From the NCBI GenBank assembly GCA_964371455.1, contig CAYJMB010000002.1:1-39671 (forward strand): 39,671 nucleotides of DNA. Reading direction: 5' to 3'. Position numbers and translations under genes: made by a program. Source of the DNA: an uncultured archaeon. Lineage in GTDB: Archaea > Aenigmatarchaeota > Aenigmatarchaeia > GW2011-AR5. The notes beneath the pieces were generated by a model, which saw nothing but the letters and a program-made list of their open reading frames with translations, was not told the DNA's origin and did no database searches. This document shows, in pieces, positions 15,753 through 24,447 of this stretch (the first letter of the stretch is position 1; every line of letters begins with the position of its first letter).

Positions 15753-16742
15753 ATGATGCTGAAAATAGTAAAAAGCTATGCTGCGCCGCTATACGGCAGG
15801 GTTGGCGGCAGGATAAAGATAAGCCCTTTCCGCTATGTTGACTTCAGGAAGATGTTTTCGCAAATGACTGAAGAAGAAAGGATACGATACTATGCTGTAT
15901 TTGGCGGCACGCCGTATTATCTTGCGCGCGCAAAAGATACGGCAGGTGACATTTACAGTCGGATTTATACGCTCGTACTGATGCGGGACGGAAAGCTAAG
16001 GGACGAGTCAGAGATACTCATGGAAGCCGAGAACCTCAGGACGCACGCAAAGTACAATTCCATACTGCAGGCGATTTCCATGGGCAAGGAGGCGACAAAA
16101 GAGATTGAGGACTATACGCGTATCAAAAGAACAACGCTTCCCACCTACCTAAAAAACCTTGAAAAGCTGCTTGACATCGTCGAAAAAGTCGAGCCTGTCA
16201 TGGGAAAGGAGCGCCACGGCCGCTACAGGATAAGCGACAATTTCTTCAGGTTCTGGTACAAATTTGTATTTCCCAACCAGAGCCTCTTTAACATGGCAGA
16301 CGGCGCAGAAAAGGTTCATGCCATGATCAAGGACAACATGAACGCCTATATTGCAAAGACCTTTGAGAAGATTGTACATGAGCTACTCCTGCTGTACTCT
16401 GGCAGGGCGATAAAGGGCCTCGAGATAGACTTCGACCAAATAGGCAGCTGGTGGGACAGGAAAGCAAACGAAATAGATATCGTGGCATTCAACAGGAAAA
16501 AAGGGCCTGTCCTCCTAGGAGAAATAAAATGGACAAATGAGAAAGTGGACACCGATCTTCTCAACGACCTTGCCAGGAAAGCCAAGCTGGTAAACTTCAG
16601 GGGCGAATACAAGCTCATGATCGTTTCAAAGAGCGGCTTCACGAAGAAATGCATAGAAAAGATGGAACAGATGAAATGTGTTTACCTGGATCTGGCTGAT
16701 ATAGAGAAGTTGTTTGATGAATGCATAAATGAGGTGATGTAG
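15753..16742 (+). CDS. Archaeal ATPase (PF01637)/DUF234 family protein lacking the P-loop N-terminus
   Basis: The ORF begins at the post-Walker-B block (SYAAPLYGRVGGRIKISPF) and ends with a DUF234-like block (IGSWWDRKANEIDIVAF...LGEIKW). Only 90 nt separate it from the upstream gene, so the roughly 130-150 aa with Walker A/B is absent. Confidence 0.65.
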   Translation: MMLKIVKSYAAPLYGRVGGRIKISPFRYVDFRKMFSQMTEEERIRYYAVFGGTPYYLARAKDTAGDIYSRIYTLVLMRDGKLRDESEILMEAENLRTHAKYNSILQAISMGKEATKEIEDYTRIKRTTLPTYLKNLEKLLDIVEKVEPVMGKERHGRYRISDNFFRFWYKFVFPNQSLFNMADGAEKVHAMIKDNMNAYIAKTFEKIVHELLLLYSGRAIKGLEIDFDQIGSWWDRKANEIDIVAFNRKKGPVLLGEIKWTNEKVDTDLLNDLARKAKLVNFRGEYKLMIVSKSGFTKKCIEKMEQMKCVYLDLADIEKLFDECINEVM

Positions 16743-17291
16743 TTGGATATAGTGCAAAAAGCGTTGCAGTTTGCTTACGAGCACCACAAGCCCCAGAAAA
16801 GAAAAGGCACAGACATCCCGTATTTTGTGCATATTCTTGATGTCGCCTCGATCCTGCTGAAAAATGGAGCCGAGGACGATGTCGTGGCTGCCGGAATTCT
16901 TCACGATATTGTAGAAGACGGCGAATATACCAAAGTGACGGAAAACATGATCAGGGAGGAATTTGGCAATAAAATAGCGGACCTTGTAATGAGCGTCACA
17001 GAGCGGGACAAAAGCCTCCCATGGAAAAAACGAAAGGAAATTGCAGTAGATCATCTGAAGCATGGTTCAATTGTTGTCCACATGATCAAGTGCGCGGATA
17101 AGCTATCCAATATAAGGGATTTGATAACCGATCATAAATTGCACGGGGAGAAAATGTGGAAAAGGTTTAACGCATCAAAGCAAGACGAAGCGTGGTATTA
17201 CAGGGAAGTATTGAGGTGTCTGAAAATTAAAGGCACGCCCATGTATCAGGAGTACAGAGAATGCGTAGAGAATTTGTTTGGGCGCAGATAA
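16743..17291 (+). CDS. HD-domain phosphohydrolase (SpoT/Mesh1-like (p)ppGpp hydrolase fold)
   Basis: ALQFAYEHHKPQKRKGTDIPYFVHILDVASIL...AAGILHDIVEDG, containing the HD motif. TTG start. Confidence 0.8.
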   Translation: MDIVQKALQFAYEHHKPQKRKGTDIPYFVHILDVASILLKNGAEDDVVAAGILHDIVEDGEYTKVTENMIREEFGNKIADLVMSVTERDKSLPWKKRKEIAVDHLKHGSIVVHMIKCADKLSNIRDLITDHKLHGEKMWKRFNASKQDEAWYYREVLRCLKIKGTPMYQEYRECVENLFGRR

Positions 17292-17598
17292 TGAAAAAGG
17301 CAAATGAAGTCCACAAGCCAGAAGGCAAGGTATTCCTGATAAGCGACACGCACTTTGACCACGAGAATATCATAAAGTACTGCAGCAGGCCGTTCAAGTC
17401 GAAGGACGAAATGAACAAGACAATAATCGATAACTGGAATTCTGTTGTTGGATTCCGACACTGTATACATTCTTGGCGATGTGACATTCGGGCAAGCTGA
17501 AAGGAAAAAAGTTCCTGGTCAAGGGAAACCATGACAAAGGCAAAGTCACAAAAGCCAATAAAATTGCAAATAGCACGATATTGGAATATAGCGCCTGA
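17291..17598 (+). pseudogene. Calcineurin-like metallophosphoesterase, two frameshifts and 3' truncation
   Basis: Frame 1: MKKANEVHKPEGKVFLISDTHFDHENIIKYCSRPFKSKDEMNKTIIDNWNSVVG. Frame 2: SDTVYILGDVTFG. Frame 3: KLKGKKFLVKGNHDKG...ILEYSA*. Together these rebuild the canonical D.H / GD / GNHD order. The gene ends 13 nt before tRNA-Glu, and no GH/H.H C-terminal motifs are present. Confidence 0.7.
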
Positions 17599-17610
17599 AA
17601 ATTCACTCAA

Positions 17611-17733
17611 TGCTCCCACCGGGATTCGAACCCGGGTACCCGCAGCTCACAGAATACCTGCAAGCTTCCACGGCTCTCTTTTTCCTGATGAAACGAAAGG
17701 CCGCTATCCTTGACCGGACTAGACTATGGGAGC
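17611..17733 (-). tRNA. tRNA-Glu(TTC), interrupted: an 18-nt canonical intron plus an unresolved 29-30 nt insertion
   Basis: The reverse strand reads GCTCCCA TA GTCT AGTCCGGTCAA GGAT A GCGGC CTTTCG [18 nt] A GCCGT ...34 nt... CCGGG TTCGAAT CCCGG TGGGAGC A. The anticodon is at 17697-17695. Confidence 0.8.
17676..17693 (-). other. tRNA-Glu intron at 37/38 with a textbook bulge-helix-bulge motif
   Basis: The anticodon stem is GCGGC/GCCGT. The central 4-bp helix is CTTT/AAAG, flanked by 3-nt bulges CG|T and AG|A on opposite strands. The distal helix is TTC/GAA with loop ATCAG. Confidence 0.8.
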
Positions 17734-17801
17734 GCCTAAGGTAATGTTGAACGAAGCTTTTTAAAAAGATTTTATTTGAAATTCCTTACGGCGAGTATTC
17801 A

Positions 17802-18224
17802 CTATAACCCTAACATCTCATTGGCTCTCTCGCAATCCATCTTTATCTGCTCTACCAGCTCAGAAACAGAACCAAATTTTCTTTCCTCACGCAGGAAGTC
17901 AATGAAGAATATTTCTATTTCTTGGCCATACAAGTCAGAAGAGAAATCAAAGATATGGACTTCTGCCATGAACTCGTTTCTGCTGAATGTCGGGGCGTAG
18001 CCGATATTCGCAGCACCGCTGTATACACTATCGCCGATACGGACTTTCACTGCGTAGACACCTCTTAGCGGCGTCTCATCAGCTTCAATTCTTATGTTGG
18101 CTGTAGGAAAGCCTATCTTCTTTCCGCGGCCGTCGGCTTTCTCTACAACGCCTTTTACAGAGTAGTAGTATCCACGCTTTTCTGCAAACTGCTTTACCAT
18201 CCCAAGAGCAATCAATGAAGGCAT
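17802..18224 (-). CDS. Riboflavin kinase, bacterial/eukaryotic flavokinase type (stand-alone RibF C-terminal-like domain)
   Basis: GRGKKIGFPTANI...GVYAV...YSGAANIGYAPTF...AEVHIFDFSSDLYGQEIEIFFIDFLREERKFGSVSELVEQIKMD. Confidence 0.8.
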   Translation of the reverse strand: MPSLIALGMVKQFAEKRGYYYSVKGVVEKADGRGKKIGFPTANIRIEADETPLRGVYAVKVRIGDSVYSGAANIGYAPTFSRNEFMAEVHIFDFSSDLYGQEIEIFFIDFLREERKFGSVSELVEQIKMDCERANEMLGL

Positions 18225-18274
18225 GGATATACCTCAACAGAAAAGCTTATATGGATTTTAGCAGTAGATGACAT

Positions 18275-18604
18275 ATGGAAGGTCCTGAAGACGCAGAAAT
18301 TACAGCAGAAAAACTGGCAGAAAAAAAGAAACGCGGAGAAGATTTTGTGCTGCTTGACGTGCGCGAAAACTGGGAGCGCGAGATATGCAGACTGGAAGGA
18401 GACATTCAGATACCTATGCGCGATGTCAGGACAAGATTCACTGAACTGCCAAAAGACAAGGAAATAATTGCCTACTGCCACACAGGAAACAGGAGTTTCT
18501 GGATCACAAACTTTCTTGTTTCGCAGGGATTCAATGCCAAGAACCTGACAGGAGGAATAGACGAGTGGGCTGAGAAGATAGAGCCTGGGATGAGAAGGTA
18601 CTGA
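18275..18604 (+). CDS. Rhodanese-domain sulfurtransferase
   Basis: Active-site loop AYCHTGNRS; FVLLDVRE...E; GGIDEW. Confidence 0.85.
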   Translation: MEGPEDAEITAEKLAEKKKRGEDFVLLDVRENWEREICRLEGDIQIPMRDVRTRFTELPKDKEIIAYCHTGNRSFWITNFLVSQGFNAKNLTGGIDEWAEKIEPGMRRY

Positions 18605-18652
18605 GCCGATTGAATACAAGATTTATAAGTTGTATTTCTCAATAATGAATTT

Positions 18653-19915
18653 ATGATTCACAACGAGATTAAGAGAAGGTATAAACAGGAAAAAGACTTA
18701 ATATTTCCTGATTATGAAAAATATTGTTTATCTAATGTGTCGCCTACTATAGAAAAGATTCTTGGTTTAAAGACTAAACGACCAACTATACAAGTAACGG
18801 CAAAAAGCGAAAAGGTCGTGTTACTTTTATTGGATGGATTTGGTTTCAGTCAGTGGAGTTTTCAACACGATCTTGTAGAAGCGTTTACTAAAGTTGGGGA
18901 CATTTTTCCAATTACAACAGTATTTCCATCAACAACTGCTGCTGGTGTTACTGCAGTACATACAGGACTAACGCCACAAGAACATGCTCTATTTGAATGG
19001 TACATGTATTTTAATGAATATGATATGATTATAGCTACTCTACCTTTTGTATCGGAATTTGATAAGAAAAGATTCACCAAAATTAACCCAAACCCAAAAA
19101 TACTATTCAAGCAGGAGACAATATATGAAAGGCTAAAAAGAGAGGGGATAAAATCATATATTTTCGTGTCTGAAAAGATAGTAAAAGGAGCTTATTCCAA
19201 GCTTGTCCACAAAGGAGCGATACCAGTACCTTACCACAATATTTCTGATTTATTTATGCATTTGAAACAAAAATTGATATTGCCAGAAAAAGCCTACTAC
19301 TTTCTATACTACCCTGAAATTGACTCTTTATCGCACCAATACGGCCCTTTATCGGAAAGTATTGATTACGAAAAGAATCTGGTATTTACAGCACTTAAGC
19401 AGTTTGTTGAAGGCTTGCCTGCAAATATAGCGAAGAACGTCACCTTGATCATCTCTGCGGATCACGGACAAATAAGAACAGACAAAAGAACTGTTTTACT
19501 AAATAAATACCATTGGTTTGACAAAATCCTCAAAAAAAGTAAACAAGGGCGCTTAATACAGCCTTATGGCAGCATGCGAGATGTATTTATTCAGGTGAAA
19601 CCAGAGAAACTGGAAGAAACAAAAGAAAGATTAGGGAAACTTGATGCAGAAATATTGGACGTAAAAGAAGCGATCAAAAATGGGCTGTTCGGTCTAAATA
19701 AAGCTTCAAAGGAATTTACTGAACGTGCAGGAGATATAATAATTTTGCCTAGAAAGAATGGAATGATTTGGTACAAGCACAGTAAGGCGGAGGACATAAA
19801 TTTCTTAGGAATGCACGGAGGTCTTACACAAGATGAGATGCTGATTCCTCTGGCTGTAATAAATCTTAATGAATTATTAAAAGCGTTAAAAAGACCGGCT
19901 TACTTTTCAGGATAA
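18653..19915 (+). CDS. Alkaline-phosphatase superfamily protein (type I phosphodiesterase/nucleotide pyrophosphatase-like)
   Basis: LLLLDGFGFSQW, FPSTTAAGVTAVHTGLTPQEH, DSLSHQYGP, ISADHGQ, GMHGGLTQDEMLIPL. The gene is visibly AT-rich relative to its neighbours. Confidence 0.75.
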   Translation: MIHNEIKRRYKQEKDLIFPDYEKYCLSNVSPTIEKILGLKTKRPTIQVTAKSEKVVLLLLDGFGFSQWSFQHDLVEAFTKVGDIFPITTVFPSTTAAGVTAVHTGLTPQEHALFEWYMYFNEYDMIIATLPFVSEFDKKRFTKINPNPKILFKQETIYERLKREGIKSYIFVSEKIVKGAYSKLVHKGAIPVPYHNISDLFMHLKQKLILPEKAYYFLYYPEIDSLSHQYGPLSESIDYEKNLVFTALKQFVEGLPANIAKNVTLIISADHGQIRTDKRTVLLNKYHWFDKILKKSKQGRLIQPYGSMRDVFIQVKPEKLEETKERLGKLDAEILDVKEAIKNGLFGLNKASKEFTERAGDIIILPRKNGMIWYKHSKAEDINFLGMHGGLTQDEMLIPLAVINLNELLKALKRPAYFSG

Positions 19916-19940
19916 ATAGTTTCGCGCGTTCTATGAAACT

Positions 19941-20618
19941 ATGATAGACTTCAACAAGATGGTTGATAATTATATCAGACGGGAGCAGCGACCCAAGGCA
20001 GTGGGCAGATACTACCCTTCTGAGATTGGGCTGTGCATGAGAAAGCTCTGGTACTCTTACAAGTTCCCATCCGAGATCGAGACTGACCTTCTTAAGATAT
20101 TTGAGGTCGGCAATATCATGCATGACTTTGTTGTGGACGTTCTGAAGAGCGACAAGAACCCTGATGTGGACCTCATCAAGAGCGAGTTCCCTCTGAGGCT
20201 GGATCGCGGCGATTTCGTTGTTTCAGGCAGGGTTGACAACCTCATTCTTGTAAAGGCAAACGGCAAAGAGGTTCTGGTTGAGGTCAAGTCGACCAGCGAT
20301 GTCGCATTCGTTAATGAAGCTGCGCCACACAACAAGATGCAGCTGCAGCTCTATATGCATATCACAGGCATACATAACGGCATCCTGCTTTACCTGGATA
20401 AAAAGAACCTGCAGAGCAAGGTATATGTTGTGGACTATGATGAAGAAGAGGCGAAGCGTGTCATGGAGAGATTCGGCATGCTTCACGATAATCTGAAACT
20501 GGGAAAACTGCCTGAGCCTGAGGCGCGCAGCAGCAAGGACACGACATGGCAGTGCAAGTTCTGCGAGTTCAGGGAAAGGTGCTATGCTGCGACGCCGAGC
20601 AGCGAGAGATGGCTGTGA
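19941..20618 (+). CDS. Cas4-like PD-(D/E)XK nuclease with 4-Cys cluster (stand-alone, no CRISPR nearby)
   Basis: N-terminal Cys (GLCMRKLWY), nuclease core GRVDNLIL...VLVEVKS, QLQLYMH (QxxxY) and C-terminal CKFCEFRERC. Confidence 0.7.
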   Translation: MIDFNKMVDNYIRREQRPKAVGRYYPSEIGLCMRKLWYSYKFPSEIETDLLKIFEVGNIMHDFVVDVLKSDKNPDVDLIKSEFPLRLDRGDFVVSGRVDNLILVKANGKEVLVEVKSTSDVAFVNEAAPHNKMQLQLYMHITGIHNGILLYLDKKNLQSKVYVVDYDEEEAKRVMERFGMLHDNLKLGKLPEPEARSSKDTTWQCKFCEFRERCYAATPSSERWL

Positions 20619-20621
20619 CCC

Positions 20622-20918
20622 AAAGGCAGAGTTGCATTAATTACTGGCGCATCAAGTGGAATGGGCAGGGCGATAGCATTAGAGTTGGGCCGAGAAGGTG
20701 CAAATGTTGTCGTGAACTATAATAATTCTGAAGCTGATGCATTCGCTTTCAGGGACGTTGCAAAGCATATGAAGGAACGAAATTATGGCAAAATCATAAA
20801 CATAGCTTCGGATGCAGGAGTACATGCACAGAAATTGCAAGGAATAGAATATGGCATTTCAAAAGCAGGCTTGGTTTATTTCACACGCTCGCTTGCAAGA
20901 ACTTTTGTCTGCCCTTAG
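20622..20918 (+). pseudogene. Short-chain dehydrogenase/reductase remnant
   Basis: The frame opens directly after the upstream stop, and no start codon precedes the Rossmann motif ([19 protein letters not shown]). The sequence jumps from NYNNSEADA straight to ...[12 protein letters not shown]...YGISKAG, skipping the central roughly 70 aa including the NNAG region, and stops shortly after. Confidence 0.6.
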
Positions 20919-20958
20919 TTGACAATACCTTTTAAGGTTTTCTGTTGGATTATCTTTA

Positions 20959-21627
20959 ATGGTTTTTATGCCAAGAAAAAAGGCGGCAAAAGACAACAAG
21001 GCAAGAGCAAAACAGGAAAAGCTTCGCATACTCGTAGCCAGCGATGTGCACGGCAATGCGAGGATCATGAAGAAACTGGCCGAGAGGGCTTACAAGGAAA
21101 AAGTAGACGTTGTTGTTTTGTGCGGCGATCTGACGGATTTTGATACGTACAGCAAAGGCATGATTGCACCGTTCTTGGAAAAGAAAAAGGAAGTGCTTTT
21201 TGTTGTGGGCAACCATGACATCACAGCGGGCGATGTTTTTGCGGACAAGTACAAGATCAAGAACCTGCAGTTCTACCCTGTAAAGATCAAGAACGTGGGG
21301 TTTTTCGGCTGCGGCACTGCTTCTGTCGGCCCTAATGTGCTTTCGGAGGAGGAAATTGCGTATTATATAAGCAAAGGATTTGAGAAGGTGAAGGATGCAG
21401 AGAAGAAAATTCTGGTCACGCACATGCGGCCTGCCGGAAGCGTGATAGAGAGGATGATACCGCGCCTCAGATACTCAGGCAGCGAGGCGATCAAGGACGC
21501 GATAAAGAAATTCAAGCCTGATATCAATGTGTGCGGGCATATACACGAGGCAGAAGACCTTGTGGAAAAGATCGGGAACACGGTGGTTATTGGTGCAGGG
21601 CCTGAGGGGAAGGTCATTGAGGTATGA
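20959..21627 (+). CDS. Calcineurin-like metallophosphoesterase
   Basis: ILVASDVHGN, VVLCGDLTD, VVGNHD, LVTHMRP, VCGHIHE. Confidence 0.8.
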   Translation: MVFMPRKKAAKDNKARAKQEKLRILVASDVHGNARIMKKLAERAYKEKVDVVVLCGDLTDFDTYSKGMIAPFLEKKKEVLFVVGNHDITAGDVFADKYKIKNLQFYPVKIKNVGFFGCGTASVGPNVLSEEEIAYYISKGFEKVKDAEKKILVTHMRPAGSVIERMIPRLRYSGSEAIKDAIKKFKPDINVCGHIHEAEDLVEKIGNTVVIGAGPEGKVIEV

Positions 21628-21865
21628 AGCGGAGTGCAGAGCGGACGCAATTGGAAAATCAAGGTGCACATCGGGTATTAAGAACAGGAGGGACTGGAGT
21701 ATCTAAATCCCCTTTAGAATTTCCGACATTGGATAGAACAGAATATTTTAACGACAATTGGTCTACAAGCTGCTACTACAATTTAGATTCAGCGAGTCAT
21801 ATATAATTTATCAACGTACAGTGGATCAAGATCACTCTTTTAATCCTACTGTCATATTAACTATT

Positions 21866-22555
21866 ATGCAAAGAGTGAATTTCACCGAAGTAATAGCCCG
21901 TTACAGGAATGGTGAGAGGGATTTCTCACACGTCATACTGCAGAATGCAGACATGAGCAATGTGAGCTTACAAGGCATAATTTTTATAGGGTCCGATCTT
22001 ACAGGCACTAATTTTTCCAACTCAGACCTCGCAGATGCTGATTTCACAGACTGCAACCTCAGCAAATGTCTGTTTGACAACGCAGTGCTGAAAAACACCA
22101 AATTCGAAGGCGCGAACCTCACGAGGGCGAGCATAAGGAATGTTGCCATAGAAAGGACCAGCTTCAGGAAAGCGAATTTCATGTGGGCGCATCTCTGCGG
22201 AAATGATCTTGTGAGGGCTGATCTCACAGACGCTGTTCTGGACTGGTCCTGCCTGATTGGGAGCAATGTCACAGATGAGCAGGCTGCTGCCATACCACAG
22301 CAGGCGCTGTTGACAAGGACAGCCCAGCATCAAACACAAACAGCAGGCAATTACGGCTATCCAGTTCAGGGCAAGAGCGGATACGGGCAAATACAGCAAG
22401 CTGGACAACAAGGATACGGCGGCGGGCAAAGCCAAGGGCAGGCCCAGGGAAACTATGTCCTTGGGCAGGGTGAATACCATGCTGAAACATCAAAAGGAAC
22501 GAGCGGATTGCCGCCGCCGCTGCAGAAAAAGAAGGAAGAGCACAAGGAGTATTGA
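21866..22555 (+). CDS. Pentapeptide-repeat protein with Q/G-rich C-terminal tail
   Basis: Tandem A(D/N)LxX repeats run from ADMSNVSLQGIIFIGSDLTGTNFSNSDLADADFTDCNLSKC... onward. The tail reads QQAGQQGYGGGQSQGQAQGNY. The likely start is ATG 21866 (MQRVNF). Confidence 0.8.
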   Translation: MQRVNFTEVIARYRNGERDFSHVILQNADMSNVSLQGIIFIGSDLTGTNFSNSDLADADFTDCNLSKCLFDNAVLKNTKFEGANLTRASIRNVAIERTSFRKANFMWAHLCGNDLVRADLTDAVLDWSCLIGSNVTDEQAAAIPQQALLTRTAQHQTQTAGNYGYPVQGKSGYGQIQQAGQQGYGGGQSQGQAQGNYVLGQGEYHAETSKGTSGLPPPLQKKKEEHKEY

Positions 22556-22681
22556 ATATGATTTCTAAGATTAAAATTGAGGATAAAGTAGAGGGGATTA
22601 AATAGCAATCAGATAAATAACCTTACATTTTTGGCTTATTTATTTTCTTGCGTGACAATAAGAAGCAAGGAGAAGGCTATC

Positions 22682-23515
22682 ATGTTGATTGAACTGCATT
22701 CGCATACGCATCATTCGCACCAGAAAAAAGTTTTTTATGATGGCACATGCTCGCCTGAGGAGATGGTCAGGGCAGCGAGCAGGCTTGGGCTTGGCGCTAT
22801 CGCTATTACAGATCATGATTCCCCACAAGGCGCTAAAGAAGCCAGAAAATTCCAGAAAAAGTACAATATTATAGTTATTCCAGGAGAGGAAGTAACCACA
22901 GCAGACGGGCACTGCATTGCACTGGGTATAGAGGAACTGATAAAGCCTGGCATGACAATTGAGGAGACCCTGGATAATGTACACCAGCAAGGTGGTGTAG
23001 GCATTTCTTCACACCCTTTTGACGTTAAAAAAGACGGCTTGCGCGAGAAAGCAAAACTCTGTGATGCATTGGAAATTTTCAATGCACTGAACATAGACAG
23101 GCTGACAAACATCAGGGCCAGGAACTTTGCGTTTGAGAACAACATGATAGGGGTGGCTGCAAGCGATGCACACCACACGAGCATGATAGGACACGGGACA
23201 ATAGAAGCAGATGCTGACAGCGTTGATGGAATACTGAGGTGCATAAAGGGGAACAGGTTCCAGCGCGTGACAAAATACCCGTCTGTGAAAACAGTCATGA
23301 ACTATGCTATTTTGAGGTTAAAGCTGTCCTATGATTACACATCCAATTACATAGAAAAGAATTATTCATTCCCGAAGAGGCATATAGCGAGAAATCTGCT
23401 GGGCATGGTTAACAGAAGCCCGGGGAAGATAGATTATATGTTCAGGGGCATGGCATACGTGAGCTTTGCTGGCGTGCTTGCATACAGTGCGGCGAGACAT
23501 GCGCTGAAAAGATAG
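22682..23515 (+). CDS. PHP-family metal-dependent phosphoesterase with C-terminal TM segment
   Basis: ELHSHTHHS, AITDHD, IPGEEV, SSHPFD, AASDAHH. The likely start is MLIELH (ATG 22682). Confidence 0.8.
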   Translation: MLIELHSHTHHSHQKKVFYDGTCSPEEMVRAASRLGLGAIAITDHDSPQGAKEARKFQKKYNIIVIPGEEVTTADGHCIALGIEELIKPGMTIEETLDNVHQQGGVGISSHPFDVKKDGLREKAKLCDALEIFNALNIDRLTNIRARNFAFENNMIGVAASDAHHTSMIGHGTIEADADSVDGILRCIKGNRFQRVTKYPSVKTVMNYAILRLKLSYDYTSNYIEKNYSFPKRHIARNLLGMVNRSPGKIDYMFRGMAYVSFAGVLAYSAARHALKR

Positions 23516-23517
23516 TT

Positions 23518-23790
23518 TTTATTCGTCAAACAGCTGTTGCTATTTTTCTTAGAGATAGAAAACTGCTCATGGAAAAGCGCAATAATAACAGAAAAGTCTA
23601 TGCAGGATTTTTAATGTGCCCAAGTGGGCATGCAGACTTCTCTTTACGATAAAAGAGTATAGACTCTTTTTCTCAGCAACACTTTAGGCACAACTTCATG
23701 CTTGTTCAGAACTATGCAAGTGATATTAAGAAATCACAAGAAGCTGATAAACTCATTTGGATGTCTTATGCCGACTTGAAGACTAATTAA
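23518..23790 (+). pseudogene. Possible Nudix-like gene remnant
   Basis: A single 90-codon frame with no start codon and an in-frame TAA at 23650-23652: ...TAVAIFLRDRKLLMEKRNNNRKVYAGFLMCPSGHADFSLR*KSIDSF...FMLVQNYASDIKKSQEADKLIWMSYADL. It resembles Nudix N- and C-terminal blocks but has no Nudix box. Confidence 0.3.
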
Positions 23791-23814
23791 AAACTTTCCA
23801 TACAACCTATTTCT

Positions 23815-24435
23815 ATGAACGCTGTTGCCGAGCTGAAGATGCTGAAGAAAGAATACCCAGATGCAAAATATTACCTGAACTTTTCCAGCCCTCTAGAGCT
23901 CGTTGCTGCGGCAATTCTCTCAGCGCAGTGCAGGGACGAAGTTGTGAACGCGACCACGAAAGTGCTGTTCAAGAAATACAGAACTGCAAAAGATTTTGCC
24001 GGGCTGGATGAGAATGACATCAAGTCCATTACATTCTTCAAGAACAAGGCTGCCAGTATCAGAAAGGCTACGAAGATTATAGATGAGAAATATGGGGGGA
24101 AAGTTCCAAAAACAACAGAAGAACTCACAGAGCTGCCTGGCATCGGCAGGAAGACTGCGAATGCTATACTGCAGAATGCTTTTGATATTGTTGACGGTGT
24201 CATTGTGGACACACATGTAATCCGAGTCGCGTACAGACTTGGCTGGACAAAAAACAAAAATCCGGATAAGATTGAGCAAGACCTGATGAGGTTATTTCCA
24301 AGGCAACATTGGAAAGAAATCCCGCACCTCCTCAAAAGCCATGGCAGGGCTGTGTGCAAGGCTCCTGTCCCGGAGTGCAGCAGGTGCGTGCTCAATAAAT
24401 TGTGCCCGAAGGTTGAGGTAATGAAGAAGGTGTAA
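23815..24435 (+). CDS. nth: Endonuclease III (HhH-GPD DNA glycosylase/AP lyase)
   Basis: HhH motif LTELPGIGRKTANAIL, catalytic region VDTHV.RV, and Fe-S loop CKAPVPECSRCVLNKLC (C-X6-C-X2-C-X5-C). Confidence 0.9.
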   Translation: MNAVAELKMLKKEYPDAKYYLNFSSPLELVAAAILSAQCRDEVVNATTKVLFKKYRTAKDFAGLDENDIKSITFFKNKAASIRKATKIIDEKYGGKVPKTTEELTELPGIGRKTANAILQNAFDIVDGVIVDTHVIRVAYRLGWTKNKNPDKIEQDLMRLFPRQHWKEIPHLLKSHGRAVCKAPVPECSRCVLNKLCPKVEVMKKV

Positions 24436-24447
24436 GGCGAAGAAGAT

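Noticed and set aside
17531-17713. 60-aa ORF on the plus strand
   Set aside because: It spans the tail of the metallophosphoesterase pseudogene in a wrong frame and runs through the tRNA-Glu gene on the opposite strand.
17611-17733. Single 46-nt canonical intron model for tRNA-Glu
   Set aside because: It gives a 6-nt variable loop and no bulge-helix-bulge, whereas the 18-nt intron model has a perfect BHB. It is kept as an alternative in the finding because the second insertion is unresolved.
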